A stretch of 56,121 nucleotides of DNA, counting the filler, from Sphacelaria rigidula (taxonomy: Eukaryota), in assembly GCA_964200075.2 (NCBI GenBank). It is 5 parts of 5 records of this genome, joined end to end, with 100 filler letters (N's around TTAATTAATTAA, not from the genome) between each part and the next. Parts side by side here need not be neighbours in the genome. Positions count along the whole stretch, not along the records: positions 44,979 to 56,121 come from CAXNAA020005329.1; 4 more parts are not named here. One strand, written 5' to 3'. The notes beneath the pieces were generated by a model, which was not told where the DNA came from, made no database searches, and saw nothing but the letters and a program-made list of their open reading frames with translations. Every line of letters starts with the position of its first letter. The stretch's first letter is position 1. Of the stretch, positions 51,101 to 56,121 are shown piece after piece. Made by a program: the position numbers and the translations under genes.

Positions 51101-53106
51101 GGTGTCTTACCAAACACTCCGTCCCATCGACATGACTTGTGCTGGAAGAGAATGCTCCAAAGTGGATACGTTTTGGAGCTCGACACAACTGGGTGCTCTT
51201 TGGTCACATGAAGTTGGCGTCCATCTTCCCCTCGCGCCCTGCCGCTGTGTGTCACTTACATGCAGATGTCTGGCGGCGCAGCTTGCGCTAGGTAAGCCCA
51301 TTTTTGGGGGGCGCACCCGTGCACAGCAGTTGGAGTATGTGTTCAAGTGCTGCGGCTCTCCCGGCCAGGGGAGGTGGCCGGAGGGGAATAAGGCTCCGCT
51401 GTATCGGCATCTGCGACCCACGGATAAAGAGGGCAAGAGCCTCCACTTCAAGCCTCGCCTCTCTAAGGTGAGTGTCTCGGCGTTGCAAAATGCCTTACTG
51501 TGGTTAAGAGGAGGGAAGCAGTTTCGTCTGACGTGCACTGCACGATGCCAAGGTTGTGTGATCGATAGAGGGACAATGGAACCATGATGCGCGTTGGGCT
51601 GTTGTGTGTGCCGTGCTTTCAGCGGGCCAAAATTATGCCACCAACTCTGTATCACACACGCTATGGAGTACAATACGCACCACCAGGTTTCACGCCGGAG
51701 AGCGCAGGTACAGAATCACCCGGAGTCGCTGGTGCAACATGGAGCTTTTGTCTATGTGTATACGTTTCGTATGATTCTGGCGCTGGTCTTCGCCCTTTTG
51801 GACGTGAGTCTCGGCACTTTCTTTATGTGTCGCCCTCACCCCTGAATCGTATCTACTTCTGTTTGGGTTTGTGCATGACTCGCGAAGGTTCTATCGGCGG
51901 AAGGAAACAAAGGTGTCCCTCTCGACCCAGAGTTGTGTGACCTTCTGCAGGGCCTGCTGAAGCTCGACTCAAGGCATCGCCTCAGTGCGAGGGATGCACT
52001 CGCCAGTCCGTACTTCACACCCCGTCCCAGGGCGATAGACGAGAGGGTAAGAGAAGATAGGTCAAACAGTCTCGATTAGTTCCATCGAATAGTGTATCTG
52101 GGTCGTGACTGCATACCTGGCTATGTTGAATTTGGACAGTATTCCGTGTAGCACCCTCGCCGTACATTCAGCTCGCAAAATACAGCGCCGTCGCGTTACA
52201 CGAAGTCCTCCACCACAACATGAGCGTCAGGTAGACAGCACCCAAACCCTCTCTCCGCTAGTGCAAGCGAAATTGCCGACGATTTGTCCACTGGTCATCG
52301 TACATGAGAAAAAGTTCCTAACCTGACCCTCGCTCCCGACTGGCGTGCACGCTCTTTTCACCTTCACATTGAACTAAATGCTTTGCACACAGGTCGACGC
52401 ATGGAACACTCTGAGGGGCGACCTGGACAAGGTCCAGATGGGAGTAGCAACCCCAGACCAACTTCGCGGCACCTATGCGGCAGCGGCTGCGACCGCATCG
52501 ACGACCCCTCGAGGACTCGTTGCTCCATCGCCATCCCCTCCCCCTCCACCCCCACGCGAAAACAGGCACTTGCATGACCCCAACGGGCACGGGCACGAGG
52601 GTCTGCCGGGGCGTGTTCCATCCCCGCGTGTTCCATCCCCGAGTCCCCCCCCCCCGCCGCCACGCAATGGTGCTCTCTCGCAAGCTATAGAGCTTCCTCT
52701 ACCTGTGGCCGGGGCGCCAGTGCCAGCTGTCGACATGAACTCGAACATCGGTGGTGGTGGTGGCGGTGGCGGTGGCGGTGATGGAGCAGGGTTTGGTGGA
52801 GATAATTGGGGTGATCGTGGTCGCGGAGGCAGCGGATATAACAGGGACCAGAGTCCAAGCCCCCGAGGGGGGCGCAGACGGCGGAGTCCGGCGAACGGCA
52901 GGAGTAGTAGAGACAGAGACAGCAGGGGGCGGGAGAATAATTACAGGGATCGAGAGAGAGAGAGGGATGGGAGGGAGAGAGACAGGAAGAGGAAGCGAGA
53001 CCGCGAGAGAGAGAGGGACAAGGGGAGGGACAGGTCTCGTAGTGAGCGCTCTGGAAAAGAACACCGGCGGACTTCTCGCGCGGACAGTGGCCATCGTCAC
53101 AGATAG
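45135..53106 (+). CDS. CDK9/12/13-like protein kinase-fold protein (likely pseudokinase) with Pro-rich and RS/RD/RE-rich tail, 5'-partial. Exons 45135-45385, 45627-45824, 49420-49557, 49763-49852, 50198-50319, 51266-51467, 51888-52046, 52393-53106
   Basis: Phase-compatible GT-AG exons. Kinase C-lobe motifs: LWGMAPE, DIWAVGC, KPIFGG...QLEYVFKCCGSP...WP, LLKLDSRHRLSARDALASPYF. Stop TAG at 53104-53106. Confidence 0.85.
48477..48760 (+). mobile_element. Retroelement 3' end, family A, in the kinase intron
   Basis: Colinear with 6895-7175. Confidence 0.7.
50510..50874 (-). mobile_element. tRNA-derived SINE, near full length, in the kinase intron
   Basis: Head matches 1239-1390. The 3' end (TAGACTGACGTCCAGAATAGATGGGATGACAACAC) matches 11340-11380. 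Confidence 0.7.
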
Positions 53107-54268
53107 TGGAGCCGTTGCAACAGTTTTCCCCGGCAGGTTTTCATCCTATTTTTAGCGTATGAACGACGGCTGCATGATGACGCTGCACGGGAAGGTCAGG
53201 AATGCCGATATACCGTAGGTGACAGTGGATGACACCCCCCGACCTGATTGTGCACTTTCAGCTTCGTTTTTGGTCCGAGAAATTAGTGACGCCGAGATTC
53301 GCGTCATGTGCAAGGTCTTGTGAAGATTAATCATTCTCGTAAAACATGGCGTGTGCACGCGGTCACTGTCGGTGCAGGGTGTTTGTTCATCGTCGAGAAA
53401 ATCGAGACTGAGAGGGTTGAATTCCTCAACGAATATGTTATCCATCCCCTCCGAATAGAGGATGGGGCATCGCCGAATCTGTGTGTAGCTGTAAGATCTG
53501 CGTGGGGTACATGCGTACTTGTTGAGATTGAAAAGTAACGAGGTGAGTGGGATGCTCTGGGTCCACGGCGGGAGTCGACGTTGCGCTCTTGCATTTATCC
53601 ACTTGATGAAATAGCACTGGCTTCCCAAAGGGTTACAAGAACGGCGGGGAGGGGGTCGGTTTCGTCAATTCATCGACTTGTAAAGGCGTCCGTCTCATCT
53701 GAGGACGCGAGATGCACAACGCATGTGTTGGTCTCTCCATGAGCCGTTCCGACTGTTTTCCAGTAATTCTTGTGCGGCGCAGTTGATGAATCACCCGTGT
53801 CAGTAGCCTTGTGAAGGGTATGATGTTCGGGTGTACTGCACTTGGCCACTGTGTTGCAACGCTGTAGTTGAAGGTGTTATTCATCGCGACGTGCTCGTAT
53901 ATTTGTGTAGAAAAAATCGCATTTTTTGTGCGGGGAAAATATGGTCTGATATGTATACCCAATAACGTTTTTGTGAGATTGAGAGTAGAGCGCTGATTGA
54001 AAGTGGCTTTGATCATTCGCTTTAACTTGCCCAATTTTTCACTCAGTGTGTGCTTTTTTCCTGGCCTCCATTACTGGCGTGTGCTCACAGCTACACGTCG
54101 ATATCCTACTCAGGGATATCAAGGGCCCTAGTGGCAAGCTACTACAGGTAGCATATACCGGGCTTCGCGGAGGGAAATTCCGGAACTGACACGCTTCAAT
54201 CACTTATTGACCGCTTTTCACTCTCAATCTCACGAAAACGTTGTTACCCGCATGTCAAGTAATGACTA

Positions 54269-55890
54269 CGAGCTGGGCCAGCCTAGAGGCGAATTTGAAG
54301 TTCGCAAGTCCATGCCCAGCCCAATATTCAGAGTTAGAGCGTGAAATTTGGTATCGACATTGCATGGGGCATTGAAAAAAATTACGTCGGTACCATTTTT
54401 TTTTTTTCATGAGTTGAGGGCATTTTACTGATACCTGGAAACTGATTATTGCCCTTGACTCCTGAGGAAAAAAAAAATGGTACCAACGTAATTTTTTCTT
54501 CATGCCCCATGCGTTGTCGATACCAATTTTCACGTTCCAACTCTAAATTTTGGGCTGAGCATGGGCCTTTTAAGAACCGGATCAGTAGAAATTCGGAACA
54601 GTATTTCGAAGGCCACTCACCGGCCCACGTTTGGTTCTCGTGTAATGAAATTCTGTGCGGGCGCTCCCTAAGGCATAATTAACAACGCTCACCGGGTCGT
54701 TTTGTTTTTCCATTATTTTTTTCACTGGTTTAGGACGTTCTAGTATGGTAAATACCATTTCTTCACGAGACCTCGACACAAAAATTAAAAGAATGAAGGC
54801 CCAATTTTTTTTTTCGGCACACTTTTGTGGTACTCCATGCTAACTTTCAAATCACAGTTCTAAAAATTGAGCTGAAACATTGATATGAGGCCTAAGAACA
54901 ATGTTCATTTCTCCTCACAACTCCAGCAAAGACACGAGAAAAAATGAAGGATGAAAAAAGGTAACAAGCTGTTTTACTTGTTTTATTATGCGCTAGCGTT
55001 TCACCACACGAAATATTATGGAACAACTCTCAACAACTGAGACGCAATATTCAGATTTAGGGCATGTAGTGCCTCTGCTCGTAATATATTGATTTTAGTA
55101 TAGGAACTCATGTGCGCCATATCTCGGCATAGTCGACGAAATAGGTGAAGGTGACGATATCTATCGTCTCCCCATGCTCCAGAGAGTGTCAACACCAAAA
55201 TTCGTCGTCATCCGCTGAATGCATCGATCGGGGGTTTCATGTAGATTTTAGTACGGACGTCATCTCCGGTAGGTACAGGAATTACTCAGGGAGGGATACG
55301 GGATACGTGACGTTTTAATGTAACACATTCGAAAAGACGTAAGTTTGGATCATTTAACGGAACGAAGATTTGATTTTTTGGATGGGATGTATGTAGCGTA
55401 ACGTGATACAAGGTGTGGTCCTTCGCATGAACCCTAACATTGCGTTCTATTTTCCAAATGTGACGAAACCTCTCCTTGTTTTCGTGAATATGTCACGTGT
55501 CACGTTCAAAATTCACAAAAACAGCCTTGTTTTACATATGGAAAACACCAAGAGACACTGCTTCAAGGTCCACATGTTACATCACGTTGCGTTGCGTTTG
55601 TCCCATCCAAAAAATGAAACCCTACGTCGCGTTAAATGGCCCAAATTCACGTTTTTTCCGGTTTTATCCAATATGTCACGTGTGTCACGTATCCCTCCCT
55701 GGAATTACGAATTACTAGACATGGGGGTTTCATCATCGAGAAAATGTGGGCCCAAACTTTCGGACAGATGGGCACCTCCCCCTTTGTTGGACGATTAATA
55801 CGATATGCGTATCACGGACCAACTCTTCTGTGTCGATGAGATATTGATTTTAGAGGTTAATTAAATCCGTTTTAAGGCTGGCCCAGCCCG
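54269..55890. mobile_element. About 1.6-kb region bounded by CG(A/G)GCTGGGCCAGCCT inverted termini and TA; probable non-autonomous Tc1/mariner-type element
   Basis: TA|CGAGCTGGGCCAGCCT...AGGCTGGCCCAGCCCG|TA, with an internal foldback at 54310-54567. No transposase ORF recognised. Confidence 0.55.
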
Positions 55891-56121
55891 TATCACCAAT
55901 GTAAACTACACATCAGAACCAGTACGGTTGGCTGCCTCGACAGAGATGCTGCAATCCGAGGGCCACCGAGGCTGGCGGCGCGAATCTGGCCACATCAAAG
56001 ATGGCGCCCCCTTCCCTTATGGGGACTTGACATCGAAGGAGGACGCTTTCAACAGTGTTTTCGTGAGATCGAGAGTAGGTGATACGATTGAGAGTGTCTT
56101 TGATCATTCGCTTTAAGTGAG

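Noticed and set aside
45627-53106. Kinase pseudogene (dead gene)
   Set aside because: All eight exons are open and phase-compatible with canonical splice sites, which favours an expressed pseudokinase over a decayed gene.

Overview
Eukaryotic, intron-rich and repeat-rich DNA, most consistent with a brown alga or related photosynthetic stramenopile (inference from the IDI-SQS fusion, intron style and repeat families). The window is not one locus. It is five unrelated, size-sorted scaffolds (1-11145, 11246-22390, 22491-33634, 33735-44878, 44979-56121) joined by 100-bp N44-TTAATTAATTAA-N44 spacers. Hand-splicing of phase-compatible GT-AG exons gives: (1) scaffold 1, a spliced, decayed CxC/HMGXB3-like (KDZ-type) transposase fragment among MITEs, LINE 3' ends and a minisatellite; (2) scaffold 2, 11 exons of an isopentenyl-diphosphate isomerase-squalene synthase fusion gene, 3' end missing; (3) scaffold 3, about 900-965 codons from the middle of an RNF213/mysterin-like giant AAA+ gene on the minus strand; (4) scaffold 4, a large exon ending in a HET/TIR-like SHRW...WIDxxCIDQ domain; (5) scaffold 5, the 3' part of a CDK9/12/13-like kinase lacking the HRD and DFG motifs (a likely pseudokinase) with an RS/RD/RE tail. 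The RNF213-like and HET-like genes are the best candidates for undescribed algal innate-immunity components, but they are not physically linked. All family assignments come from motif recognition by eye and recalled sequences, not database searches.
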